Assembly (NCBI GenBank): GCA_965242965.1
Contig: OZ251518.1
Span: 1,824,001-1,888,000, forward strand
Source: Candidatus Poribacteria bacterium
Lineage (GTDB): Bacteria > Poribacteria > WGA-4E > WGA-3G
Direction of reading: 5' to 3'
Length of the DNA: 64,000 nt
Positions 48,303-57,848 of the stretch are shown one piece after another. The stretch's first letter is position 1. The number at the start of each line of letters is the position of its first letter. The translations under genes were made by a program, and so were the position numbers. The notes under the pieces are model-generated. The model was not told the DNA's origin. It saw nothing but the letters and a program-made list of their open reading frames with translations, and did no database searches.

Positions 48303-48464
48303 GCATGGCGAGGGACAGGCCCTCGCCCTACGGTGAAGCTCTGATTCGACTAGCATGGCGAGGGACAGGCCCTCGCCCTACGGTGAAGTGAGGGACAGGC
48401 CCTCGCCCTACGGTGAAAGCGGCAATCAAGCATGGCGAGGGACAGGCCCTCGCCCTACGGTGAA
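48303..48464. repeat. Four direct copies of GAGGGACAGGCCCTCGCCCTACGGTGAA
   Basis: Direct reading of the sequence. Confidence 0.9.
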
Positions 48465-48508
48465 GTTTTGATTGCACCTTGTTAGGGGCATACGAAAAAA
48501 CGAAAAAT

Positions 48509-49627
48509 ATGAGAATTCGCGTCTTAGGCATTCGCGGGCTCCCCGCCACCTATAGTGGACTGGAAACCATCATGAGTGAACTCGCGCCGCGCTGGGTAGC
48601 GGCAGGGCACGAGGTTACGGTCTACTGCAGAAAAGCACTCTTTAAAGCACGGCCGCAGGAGTGGAAGGGCATCAAACTCGTCTATCTGCCGAGCATTGAG
48701 CATAAGATGTTCAGCACCCTCAGCCACAGCTTTTTAGCGACGTTGCACGCATTGGGGGCACCCTCGGATGTGATCCTGACGTGGAACGCCGGGAACGGGC
48801 CCTTTGGATGGTTCTTTCGGATTGCGAGGAAACCGGCTGTCATTAACGTCGACGGCATGGAGTGGCTCCGTCCGAAATGGAAGGGGTTAGGCGCGCTTTA
48901 CTTTAAGTGGGCGGCAAAAATGGCGACAGCGGCGTTTCCTGTCGTCATCACCGATGCCGATGAGATGCGGCGGCTCTATTTGGAGGAGCTCGGCGCGGAA
49001 ACCACCTACATCGCCTACGGCGCGAACATTGAACCGTCGGAACATCCGGAAATCCTTGAAGAGTATGGGCTTAAATCGCGCGACTACTACCTCATCGCGA
49101 GTCGGCTTGTGCCGGATAACAACGCCGATCTGATTTTAGAGGCGTTCGTTGCATCTAACAGTCAAAAGCAGTTCGCCATCGCCGGCGGCGCGGATTATCG
49201 GGGCAATAAACTCGAAAACGAATTTTTGGATAAACTGAAACGCATCGCCAACGACAACGTGAAGTTCCTCGGGCACATTGACAACTCGGCGCATATCAAG
49301 GAACTCCACCATCACTGCTTCGCTTATGTCCACGGGCATCAGTTCGGCGGCATCAACCCTTCTATTTTGAAGGCGTTGGGGTTCTCTAACTGCATCCTCG
49401 CGCTGAACACGCCGTTTAACGATGAAGTGTTAGACAGCGGACGGTATGGCGTGCTGTTCGAGAAAAACGTCCCTGACTTGCAAGCGAAAATCGAACATTT
49501 AGAGAGCCACCCTGACGAGGTTGAGGCATTCCGAAATCGGGCACCCGAGCGGATACGCACCCATTTTAACTGGGACCGCATCGCACAACAGTATCTTGAC
49601 GTTTTTGAAGCAGTAAAGAAACAGTAG
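48509..49627 (+). CDS. Glycosyltransferase family 4 (DUF1972-type)
   Basis: GIRGLPATYSGLET, NVDGMEW and HGHQFGGINPS. Confidence 0.9.
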   Translation: MRIRVLGIRGLPATYSGLETIMSELAPRWVAAGHEVTVYCRKALFKARPQEWKGIKLVYLPSIEHKMFSTLSHSFLATLHALGAPSDVILTWNAGNGPFGWFFRIARKPAVINVDGMEWLRPKWKGLGALYFKWAAKMATAAFPVVITDADEMRRLYLEELGAETTYIAYGANIEPSEHPEILEEYGLKSRDYYLIASRLVPDNNADLILEAFVASNSQKQFAIAGGADYRGNKLENEFLDKLKRIANDNVKFLGHIDNSAHIKELHHHCFAYVHGHQFGGINPSILKALGFSNCILALNTPFNDEVLDSGRYGVLFEKNVPDLQAKIEHLESHPDEVEAFRNRAPERIRTHFNWDRIAQQYLDVFEAVKKQ

Positions 49628-49860
49628 GAGGGACATCCCTGTCCCGATGTAACGTCGGTAGGTGGGACATCCTTGCGAGGGACAGGCCCTCGCCCTACGG
49701 ACAGTCCCGATGCAGGCAGGATCAGGCGATCCTGCCCTACAGAGGGGACAGGCCCTCGCACTACAGACATGTCCCGATGTCATGTTCGGTAGGAGGGACA
49801 TCCTTGTCCCGACGCAATTTGGTATTAGGCTCATCGGTAGGAGGGACATCCCTGTCCCGA
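49624..49860. repeat. REP mosaic
   Basis: GTAGGAGGGACATCC(C/T)TGTCCCG copies with nested palindromes of other families. Confidence 0.85.
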
Positions 49861-49882
49861 CGCAATTTGGTATCAGGCTGAC

Positions 49883-50491
49883 ATGTTAGTATCAACAGGA
49901 ACCCAAGTGGAACGACTTTCCTCCTTCTACGCAAAACACGGCAAACATCTTTTTGATGCCATCGCAGCGTTCTTCCTCGTGTTGGTGTTCTCGCCGCTGA
50001 TGGTGCTCATCGCGATGCTTATCAAGCTCACCTCACGCGGTCCCGTTTTTTTCTCGCACAAACGGGTAGGGGCAAACAACGAACTCTTCCTCATTTACAA
50101 GTTCCGGAGCCTCCACACCGACACGCCGTCCTATTCGGAGAAACCGGATTCAACGGAAGATGTCCGCATCACGCTAGTAGGCAAATGGCTGCGCAAAACA
50201 AGTTTAGACGAATTGCCGCAACTTTTCAATGTGCTGAAGGGAGAGATGAGCCTCGTCGGGCCGCGGCCGGAAATGCCGTTCTTGGCGGAGCATTATGAAC
50301 CTTGGGAAAACCAGCGGCACCTCGTTCGGCCTGGTATGACAGGACTCTGGCAGCTGAGCCCTCGCCGACGCGGTTCAATCCGCGAGGGAATTTCTGTAGA
50401 CTTGGAGTATATCGAAAACTTGTCCCTATGGAACGATTTCAAGATTTTGCTCCGGACTTTCAAGGTTTTTTGGGATAATAACACCTATTGA
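49883..50491 (+). CDS. Priming phosphoglycosyl transferase (bacterial sugar transferase family)
   Basis: [33 protein letters not shown] and PGMTGLWQ. Confidence 0.93.
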   Translation: MLVSTGTQVERLSSFYAKHGKHLFDAIAAFFLVLVFSPLMVLIAMLIKLTSRGPVFFSHKRVGANNELFLIYKFRSLHTDTPSYSEKPDSTEDVRITLVGKWLRKTSLDELPQLFNVLKGEMSLVGPRPEMPFLAEHYEPWENQRHLVRPGMTGLWQLSPRRRGSIREGISVDLEYIENLSLWNDFKILLRTFKVFWDNNTY

Positions 50492-50510
50492 GTCGTCCCC
50501 ATACTTTACC

Positions 50511-50864
50511 ATGAAACTCAAAAACCTCGCGCGCGCCTTCCGCTGCGGCTTCCGCCTCAAATGTCCCAAATGCGAACGCGGTCCGCTGTTCCAAAGACGG
50601 TTTTCGATGTTCGCGCATTGTCCCGAATGCGGCATGAAAATTGAACGCGAGCCCGGCTATTTTGTCGGCGCGATGTATCTGAACTACGGCGCGACGGTGT
50701 GCATTGCCTTTCCGGGTTTCTTCCTGCTTGAGGTGTTCACTGCGATTCCGTTCGCAATCAATTTAGGCGGATGGGGCCTTTTCTCTGCGCTTTTCCCCGT
50801 GCTCTTCTATCGCTATTCCAGAAGTTTGTGGTTGAGTTTTGATTACATGTTCAATCCGAAATAA
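50511..50864 (+). CDS. DUF983 family protein
   Basis: CPKC...CPEC followed by two TM helices. Confidence 0.8.
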   Translation: MKLKNLARAFRCGFRLKCPKCERGPLFQRRFSMFAHCPECGMKIEREPGYFVGAMYLNYGATVCIAFPGFFLLEVFTAIPFAINLGGWGLFSALFPVLFYRYSRSLWLSFDYMFNPK

Positions 50865-50888
50865 AAACTTGACTCCCATCTCTTCCCC

Positions 50889-51230
50889 TGTAGGGCGAGG
50901 GTTTGTCTCTCGTCTTGTCCAAATCCCTCCTTTTGATCGGGCACTTGCGGGGGACAGGCCCCCGCACTACGAAAAAAGGAAATTTCCTTTCAAGCCGAAC
51001 CGCGCCCACGAACCGTAGGGCGAGGGCCTGTCCCTCGCCACACTTCCTTCCCCCGCACTACGAAAAAAGGAAATTTCCGTTCAACCCAAACCACGCCCCA
51101 CGAACCGTAGGGCGAGGGCCTGTCCCTCGCCACACTTCCTTGTAACAAAAAATATCCATAGGTTAAGGACGATGTCCGTTCAACCCAAATCGCGCCCGCG
51201 AAACGTAGGGCGAGGGCCTGTCCCTCGCCA
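50889..51230. repeat. REP cluster with repeated ~95-bp linker units
   Basis: Repeated GTAGGGCGAGGGCCTGTCCCTCGCC with CAACCCAAA-type linkers. Confidence 0.8.
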
Positions 51231-51360
51231 TGCCGTGCAGTCTGGAGCAGGATTTCCAAGATTTTCAAGATGAACAGGATTAGGCGGTTTTATTGCGATA
51301 AAACGTCTCTTTGGATATGTAAGTCCTTAATGCCTATAGCACGCAGCGACGCGAAAATGT

Positions 51361-51389
51361 TTGACATTTCTCGCGTTTTTTGCTAAAAT
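51361..51389 (+). promoter_or_regulatory. sigma70 promoter
   Basis: TTGACA-17-TAAAAT with extended -10 TG. Confidence 0.65.
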
Positions 51390-51472
51390 AAACTCAGTTG
51401 GGATTTTTCGAGAAAAACATATTCCGTTTGACGACGGTGGGGAATCTCACTGTCAATGAGGAGGATAAGTTA

Positions 51473-53227
51473 ATGAAAAAACGAATATTCGTCTGTTTTT
51501 TGATTTTTATAGTGTGTGTGTTTCACAACTCGCTGCCGGGCACTGTCTTTGGACAAAATGCGTCACTTGCCCAACGGGTGCTGGGAAAATACAGCGACAT
51601 ATTGCAGCGCGAGGACATTCAAGCGGTTCTCCCGGATGTCTTGGAGGGGATTAAGGCTCCAAACATTCAGGAACTCTTAAATCCGGTCCTCATCACTGCT
51701 GCTGTTGCGAATCCTGATTTATTAGCACTTGTAGGAGTTGAGCAGCGTTTCATCAACCTGCTGAAAACGGATGCCGAACTCCGAGCGATGCTTGGCGATG
51801 CGCAAGTGCAAGCTTTGCTGCAGAATACCGCCGCAATCGACGAGCTCGCAACTTTGCTGAGAGTCGTTGAACCCCCGGTGGTTCGGCAGTCTTCGCTCGC
51901 TCAGCAGGTGTTTGAAAAATATAGCGCAACGCTCCTGCGAGCCGATATCCAAGCTGTTCTCCCGGAGGTTTTAACTGGTATTAAAGCACCGGAGATTCAA
52001 GCACAATTGAATCCGACTATCATCCGTGCTGCTATCGCGAGCCCAGATCTTTTAGCATTGATTGGAGTTGAGCAACGTTTCATCAACCTGCTAAAAACGA
52101 ATGTGCAACTCCAGACAATGCTCAGTGACGCGCAAGTTCAGGCGTTGCTACTGGAGCCAACGGCAATCGACGAACTCGCCGCTTTGGTGAAGGCTCCCAG
52201 ACCAGGGGCAACCGCCGGCCCGCTAGGATATCCGAGAGGTGCTGTCATCATTAGCGAAATCATGTTTGATTCGGGAGGTGGCACGCTGCCCCAGTGGATA
52301 GAACTCTATAACCCGTCCAGAACCGAGGCACGCAACCTGAGTGGCTGGACGTTGGAGATTCAGAACGTCAATTCTGCGGACTTGGTCGGCAGACTCAACG
52401 TCGCGCTGACACTGCAGGAAAAGGTGATACAGCCGAATCAGACGCTGCTGATTGTTGCGGGCAATACCCGCGCCGCGTCAGCCGGGATGTTCCCGGCGCG
52501 CCGCGTCTATAACTTGCTGGCTCTGCATCAGCAGAACCTGCGCATCAACACACCGAGCGATACGTTCTTGAGTGCGGTAGGCTTCCACCTGAAGTTATCC
52601 GATCGAAACGGGCGACTTGTTGACGAAGTGGGGAACACGGATGGAAATTGGCGCACCAATGACATCCCTGCCTGGGACTTTCCATGGAGTCCGTGGTGGA
52701 AGACTCGCAGTTCACTCATCCGCCGTTATGACAATGGCGTTGCGCTGGATGGAACGACGCGTTCAAGTTGGGCATTGGCTGCGAATATCAATAAGATTGT
52801 TGAAGACACACTTTATTACGGTCACAGAGTTGACATCGGTACACCGGGGTATCGGCACAGTGTGTTGCCGGTGGATTTGTCAAGTTTCACAGTCACTCGC
52901 AACGACAACGGTGCTGTTGTCGTCACTTGGATAACCGAGTCCGAGGTAGACAACGCCGGGTTCAATCTGCGTCGTAGTGAAAAACGCAACAGCGATTTCA
53001 CTCTGCTGAATCCTGCGTTGATTGCAGGTGCTGGCACTACAGGCGAACTTCAAACTTACACGTTCACCGATACGTCGGCGAAGCCCGGTGTTGCGTATTA
53101 CTATCAGATTGAGGAAATCTCGTTTGATGGGGAGCGAGAAACATTGGCGACGCGGCGGTTGCGCGGTCCCGTATCTGCTGTGAATCGGCAGTTGACGACG
53201 TTGGGGGCAGTTAAGCAGCGGAAATAG
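51473..53227 (+). CDS. Secreted lamin-tail-domain protein with duplicated N-terminal helical domain
   Basis: GAGGAGG RBS; signal peptide; two ~105-aa helical repeats; IISEIMF/QWIELYN LTD motifs; LPVDLSSF...WITESEVDNAGF Ig-like domain. Confidence 0.85.
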   Translation: MKKRIFVCFLIFIVCVFHNSLPGTVFGQNASLAQRVLGKYSDILQREDIQAVLPDVLEGIKAPNIQELLNPVLITAAVANPDLLALVGVEQRFINLLKTDAELRAMLGDAQVQALLQNTAAIDELATLLRVVEPPVVRQSSLAQQVFEKYSATLLRADIQAVLPEVLTGIKAPEIQAQLNPTIIRAAIASPDLLALIGVEQRFINLLKTNVQLQTMLSDAQVQALLLEPTAIDELAALVKAPRPGATAGPLGYPRGAVIISEIMFDSGGGTLPQWIELYNPSRTEARNLSGWTLEIQNVNSADLVGRLNVALTLQEKVIQPNQTLLIVAGNTRAASAGMFPARRVYNLLALHQQNLRINTPSDTFLSAVGFHLKLSDRNGRLVDEVGNTDGNWRTNDIPAWDFPWSPWWKTRSSLIRRYDNGVALDGTTRSSWALAANINKIVEDTLYYGHRVDIGTPGYRHSVLPVDLSSFTVTRNDNGAVVVTWITESEVDNAGFNLRRSEKRNSDFTLLNPALIAGAGTTGELQTYTFTDTSAKPGVAYYYQIEEISFDGERETLATRRLRGPVSAVNRQLTTLGAVKQRK

Positions 53228-53564
53228 CACCTTCCATACCGGAGGGCGAGGGCCTGTCCCTCGCCATGCATCGTTCGTGACAGAAAACGTCCGCGGCCGC
53301 TAGGTTACGGACGTTTTTCGTTTCGTTTGAGGGTTTGCGGGGGACAGGCCCCCGCACTACGCGCTCGGGAGCAGGTGCTCCCGAACTACAGTCTCCTCAA
53401 GGTTCGCGGGGGACAGGCCCCCGCGCTACGCGCACTAAAACGTCTTCAAACCGTAGGGCGAGGGCCTGTCCCTCGCCGTGCCACTTGGAAAACGCAGTCT
53501 TCAGAAACTAATAATCCTGAAAATCTTGTGAATCTTGTGAATCCTGATTCAGACAAAGGACGAA

Positions 53565-54317
53565 TTACCGCGTAAAAATCTGCCCGCGCACATAAGATGC
53601 TTCATCTGAAGCGAGGAACGTCAAAATACGCGCCACTCCCGCCGGTTCTCCAAGCGAATTGCGCGCGTTCGCTACCGCCACATCGGCATCTTGTCCAGCG
53701 CGCCGAGCAGATTCAGCGATTTGCCCTAACTTCAGCGGTGTCGCAAGTCCACCCGGACAAATCGTATGCATGCGAATATTCAGGGGAGCGACTTGGTTTT
53801 CTACCGTCATCACTAGTCCGTTGACTCCGCCTTTGCTAGACGCATACGCAACCGAGGAACTGCCTCCCCGAACACCCGCACCGGAAGCGATACAGAGAAT
53901 AACGCCGCCTCTCCGCTTCTCCATAGCAGGGACAGCGTGTTTCACGGCATAAAACGTGCCTTTGAGGTTGACATCAATTACCGAGTCAAAAGTCGCGGCT
54001 TTAAAATCGTCAATGCGGAGACTTGCACCGCGCAGGATACCCGCCGCGGTTACCAATACGTCAACGCCGCCAAATTCGCGTTCAGCCGTGCCGATGAGTG
54101 CCGCTACCTCCGATTCCACGGTAACCTCGGTGCGTTGGAATGTGGCGATGCCTCCGTTGTCAAGAATCGTCTTGAGCGTCTTTTGGGCATCCTCTTCGTT
54201 AATATCGCCGAAGACGACATTCGCGCCAGCGGCGGCATAAGCAATCGCCGTCGCCGCGCCGATGCCTGTCGCTCCGCCGGTAATTACAGCAACCTTGCCT
54301 TTGAGTTGAATCTGCAC
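53565..54317 (-). CDS. SDR-family oxidoreductase
   Basis: TGGATGIG, NLKG and YASSK. Confidence 0.92.
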   Translation of the reverse strand: MQIQLKGKVAVITGGATGIGAATAIAYAAAGANVVFGDINEEDAQKTLKTILDNGGIATFQRTEVTVESEVAALIGTAEREFGGVDVLVTAAGILRGASLRIDDFKAATFDSVIDVNLKGTFYAVKHAVPAMEKRRGGVILCIASGAGVRGGSSSVAYASSKGGVNGLVMTVENQVAPLNIRMHTICPGGLATPLKLGQIAESARRAGQDADVAVANARNSLGEPAGVARILTFLASDEASYVRGQIFTR

Positions 54318-55111
54318 TATTTCTCTCCCTTAAGACTGAAACGATACGGGATGCGGATGCGCTGGCTGATGGCAAATTCGGCTTGCGTCGCCGGCACGAA
54401 TTGCGATGCTTTGAGAGCCTGCACCGCCGCCGCTACACATCCCAATCCGTTCACTCCAACAACTTCTAGCACCTGAATGTCTCGCGCTTTTCCATCTACG
54501 CCGATTGTCGCTTCAAGGAGCACTGTCCCCTGTATATGCACAGCACGGGCGGCTTCAGGGTATCTCGGTTCAACTTTGTGGGAGAACTGCGCGTTTTGTA
54601 TCGGTGCCAGCAGACGCGCCGGGTCCAACGGAAATTCGGCGACTTCCGGACTCGCGGCGATGGCTGATGTCGTGAAGGTGGGACGCGCTGTCCGTTTCGG
54701 CGTGAAGCGTGCCGGCGGCGAACTGACCGGTGTAATCGTAGGTGCCGCCGGATAATTTTCGCTTCTGCCACTGGGATACGAAACGAAAGAGCCGTAACCG
54801 GCGAGTGGTTCTGTCGCGATGCCAGTGAAAACCGGTGCCGTATCTACGCGCAACCTCGGCACCTGGATGACAGGCTCCATTCTCTGGATGTGCGGCACCT
54901 GGAGACGCTGCTTCAAGTCTGTCCGCGGTTCCTTATCAATATGCCTACGAGGCATCGTCTTGGGCAGCGTGATAAACTCTGCAACAAAGGCATCTTCGTG
55001 GCCCACCTCTGTCGTCCCAACGATAGACACCGCTGCGATGGTAACGCCTATCAGGTGAAGGCAGATAGACAGCAGGAGCGATTTGTTCAGAAATTGGATG
55101 ACGCTGTTCAT
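54317..55111 (-). CDS. TonB family energy transducer
   Basis: N-terminal TM with SxxLH, Pro-rich linker, and TonB_C domain PRYPEAA...QGTVLL. Confidence 0.85.
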   Translation of the reverse strand: MNSVIQFLNKSLLLSICLHLIGVTIAAVSIVGTTEVGHEDAFVAEFITLPKTMPRRHIDKEPRTDLKQRLQVPHIQRMEPVIQVPRLRVDTAPVFTGIATEPLAGYGSFVSYPSGRSENYPAAPTITPVSSPPARFTPKRTARPTFTTSAIAASPEVAEFPLDPARLLAPIQNAQFSHKVEPRYPEAARAVHIQGTVLLEATIGVDGKARDIQVLEVVGVNGLGCVAAAVQALKASQFVPATQAEFAISQRIRIPYRFSLKGEK

Positions 55112-55293
55112 AATTTAAACACCTACACGTTTACAGATTTTTGTTGTTCGCGAGGCATTCGCTTAGGGTTATTGGTGCGAGAGCCTCTGTCTGCGTAGTT
55201 CGTCAAGGGCTGACACTAGCTGCCAGTCGTTTGACGTTGTCGATGACTACAAATCGGCGATGCTCGCGCTTGCGAGCCGTTTTAAGTATTGAT

Positions 55294-55310
55294 AGCAAAT
55301 TCTATGCCAA
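55294..55310 (-). promoter_or_regulatory. Putative sigma54 (-24/-12) promoter
   Basis: Minus strand TTGGCATAGAATTTGCT, matching GG-N10-GC. Confidence 0.55.
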
Positions 55311-55333
55311 TCTATAGACAGCCGCCCTCCCCA

Positions 55334-55707
55334 GTAGGAGAGACCTCCCGGTCTCGATGCAATAGGGCGGTGCGCCTACCGGGGCCGCGGCGGCAGAAAG
55401 CCCCCCTGCACTACGAAAAAAACGTCTCTTAGGTCCGTAGGACCTTAATGTCTATAGTACTCGTTGACGTGAAGAGATTTAAGGTCCTTTAGGTCCTTAA
55501 TATGTTTTGCTGCGGCGCGTTTTCGTATTAAGGACCTAAAGGACCTTGACAACGTAACGACACGTTTTTCTATAGACATGTAGGTCCTAAAGGACCTAAG
55601 ACGCATCGTGATGATGGAGATCGCGGGGGACAGGCCCCCGCGCTACGGGAAGAATCAAGTCCCGGGGGCTCTCCTACCGGGCAAACATCAAGATATGAAA
55701 CACCCTC
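55334..55707. repeat. REP mosaic ending in a lone MITE right end
   Basis: Four-module block at 55428-55600; TATGAAACACCCTC at 55694-55707. Confidence 0.8.
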
Positions 55708-55740
55708 AATAAACTAAATGCCTCTAAAAAAATAAAAAAC

Positions 55741-55769
55741 TTGCAATTTCCAAACGTTTGTGGTAAAAT
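55741..55769 (+). promoter_or_regulatory. sigma70 promoter of the selenoprotein gene
   Basis: TTGCAA-17-TAAAAT with extended -10 TG. Confidence 0.6.
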
Positions 55770-55806
55770 TAAAGTAGTCAACACTCAAAAGAGGAGGATA
55801 AATCCA

Positions 55807-56037
55807 ATGGAAGTGAGAATTGAATACTGCTCCGCCTGAAACTACGAGCCGCGGGCAGCCAGTTTGGCTGATGCCCTGAAGCAGACGTACGGCGCGGAAG
55901 TGAAGACGGTAGACCTGGTTCCAGGCAGTGGTGGAGCCTTCGAGGTTTCGTTGAACGGAACGTTGCTCTATTCCAAACTGAAAACGGGGCAATTCCCGAC
56001 GACTGAGCAGATAACCACTGCGATTAACGGCGCGTAG
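55807..56037 (+). CDS. SelT/SelW/SelH (Rdx family) selenoprotein, CxxU
   Basis: GAGGAGG RBS; MEVRIEYCSA-TGA(55837-55839)-NYEPRAASLADAL...PGSGGAFEVSLNGTLLYSKLKTGQFP; the family pattern continues through the in-frame UGA. Confidence 0.9.
55853..55876 (+). promoter_or_regulatory. Putative bacterial SECIS hairpin
   Basis: GGGCAGCCA-GTT-TGGCTGATGCCC, starting 13 nt after the UGA, with G first in the apical loop. Confidence 0.6.
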
Positions 56038-56053
56038 CGTAATTCGCGCACAG

Positions 56054-56080
56054 AAGCGCGCGGTATCACCGCGCGCTTTT
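56054..56080 (+). terminator. Intrinsic terminator between convergent genes
   Basis: AAGCGCGCGGT-ATC-ACCGCGCGCTTTT. Confidence 0.75.
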
Positions 56081-56082
56081 GT

Positions 56083-56943
56083 CTACTCTATCGCAATAAT
56101 CGCGATTTTCCACCGATTCGCTTGTTCAATGAGCGCGTCTGCATCCATGACAAAGGTGCGCCGTGCTTCAACTGCTAACACTCGCGCCTTCACGTCATGC
56201 AGCGTCTGTAACGTCTGCATGCCCACCGTCGGGACATCAACTCGGAAATCGTGATGTTCGGCGGCGGCTTTGGCGACGACAACGCCTTTTCCCCCCAAAG
56301 TTCCCCCTCTCCGAATCGCCTTATCTGTTCCCTCAATCGCTTCAACCGCAAGCACCATCTGATTTTTAACGACGACAGTTTGGCCGATATCCATGTTCGC
56401 CATATGTCTTGCTACGGTGATGCCGAAGTGGGCATCCTCTGCCTGGCGCGATGTCGGTTTGCGCGCCGTTAACACTCCCGGTTGCGCTAGGAGATGCCTG
56501 AGGAATTTATCTTGTGGAAGGACAGCAATGCCGGATGCTTCAAAATGCGCGAGGATTGCGGCAACGATTTTTCTGTCATACGCGTCAATGACAGCATTGC
56601 TAAAGCGTGCCTGTGCTAAAATCTTCAGCGTGGTGGCATCAACCTGGAAGGGACGGAGCAAAATGTTCTTTTCCACTTTGCCGATGATGACGATTTCGTG
56701 GACATCGGCATTGCGCAGTGTGCGGATGATTTTCTGAATCTGTCCAACGCCGAGCGTGTGGATTTCGGCGGGGAGTCCTGCAAATCGTCCTGCATCCGCT
56801 TCGGCAATTTGGATGATAACCGGTTGTCTGTCTTGGGCGATGGCGGCGTGTGCGAGTAGCACAGGCAATTCGCCCGCGCCGGCGATGATACCCAACTTTT
56901 TTTTATTTTTTAGTGGTGGTTTGACGTTGTCTTCCAAAATCAC
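56083..56943 (-). CDS. lpxI: UDP-2,3-diacylglucosamine diphosphatase
   Basis: LGIIAGAGELP, DIGQTVVV, AVEAIEGTD and DVPTVG; follows lpxA. Confidence 0.9.
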   Translation of the reverse strand: MILEDNVKPPLKNKKKLGIIAGAGELPVLLAHAAIAQDRQPVIIQIAEADAGRFAGLPAEIHTLGVGQIQKIIRTLRNADVHEIVIIGKVEKNILLRPFQVDATTLKILAQARFSNAVIDAYDRKIVAAILAHFEASGIAVLPQDKFLRHLLAQPGVLTARKPTSRQAEDAHFGITVARHMANMDIGQTVVVKNQMVLAVEAIEGTDKAIRRGGTLGGKGVVVAKAAAEHHDFRVDVPTVGMQTLQTLHDVKARVLAVEARRTFVMDADALIEQANRWKIAIIAIE

Positions 56944-57015
56944 TCCGCTTAATCCAAGGATATTCAGATTTCAGTTGTTGGGAAAACTGAATGCAGATGT
57001 CTTTAACCGATGTCT

Positions 57016-57834
57016 TTAACCGACGAGCGGCCGATTCGGATGGCTAAACCCAATGCCGCGCTTGGAGTTCTCAATAAACCGCAGCAGGTATTCTACCTCA
57101 GGGTTCGCCGCTATCTCCGCCCGCACTTTGGTGACAGCGTGCTGCAATGGGATACTGGAACGAAACAGAATACGAAAGGCTTTCTTCAACAAGGCGAGGG
57201 TTTCGGGGGGAAGTTGAGACAACGGATTGATTTGTGAGGTATGAATGCCGATGCGGTTTAAACTCCGCACGCGCGCCGGTTGTCCCGCGGAAAGTGCGAA
57301 AGGCGGGATATCTTGCACGATTTTTGAGAAGCCGCCCGCCATCGCCATCTTGCCGACGCGGACATATTGATGCAACGCCGCATGCGCGCCGAGCCGAACG
57401 TCGTCCTCAATTTCTACGTGCCCAGCCAGCGAGACAAAGTTCGCCATGATAGTGCGGCTGCCGACAACGGTATCGTGAGCGAGGTTCACCCAATTCATGA
57501 GTAGATTGTTATCGCCGATGAGCGTCACCCCCTCTTCAAAAGTAGATCTGGAAATGGAGACATACTCGCGGAGGATATTCCTGTCGCCGATTTTAACATA
57601 ACTCCGTTCCCCCTTATATTTCAAATCTTTGGAGGGATTTCCAATGGTTGCGCCAAAAAAGATGCGACAGTCCTCACCGATGGTAGTCCACTTGTCAATT
57701 TGAACATGCGGGCCAATCTCAGTGCCGCGCCCGATATGCGCATAGTCGCCGACAAGGCTGTAGGGGCCGATGCGGACACCTTCCTCCAAAGTCGCCTTCG
57801 GAGAGATTATCGCGGTTGGGTGAATGTTTGTCAT
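57016..57834 (-). CDS. lpxA: UDP-N-acetylglucosamine O-acyltransferase
   Basis: IHPTAII hexapeptide repeats; AHD, LAGHV and HQY motifs. Confidence 0.95.
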   Translation of the reverse strand: MTNIHPTAIISPKATLEEGVRIGPYSLVGDYAHIGRGTEIGPHVQIDKWTTIGEDCRIFFGATIGNPSKDLKYKGERSYVKIGDRNILREYVSISRSTFEEGVTLIGDNNLLMNWVNLAHDTVVGSRTIMANFVSLAGHVEIEDDVRLGAHAALHQYVRVGKMAMAGGFSKIVQDIPPFALSAGQPARVRSLNRIGIHTSQINPLSQLPPETLALLKKAFRILFRSSIPLQHAVTKVRAEIAANPEVEYLLRFIENSKRGIGFSHPNRPLVG

Positions 57835-57848
57835 TTTTGTATTTCCTA

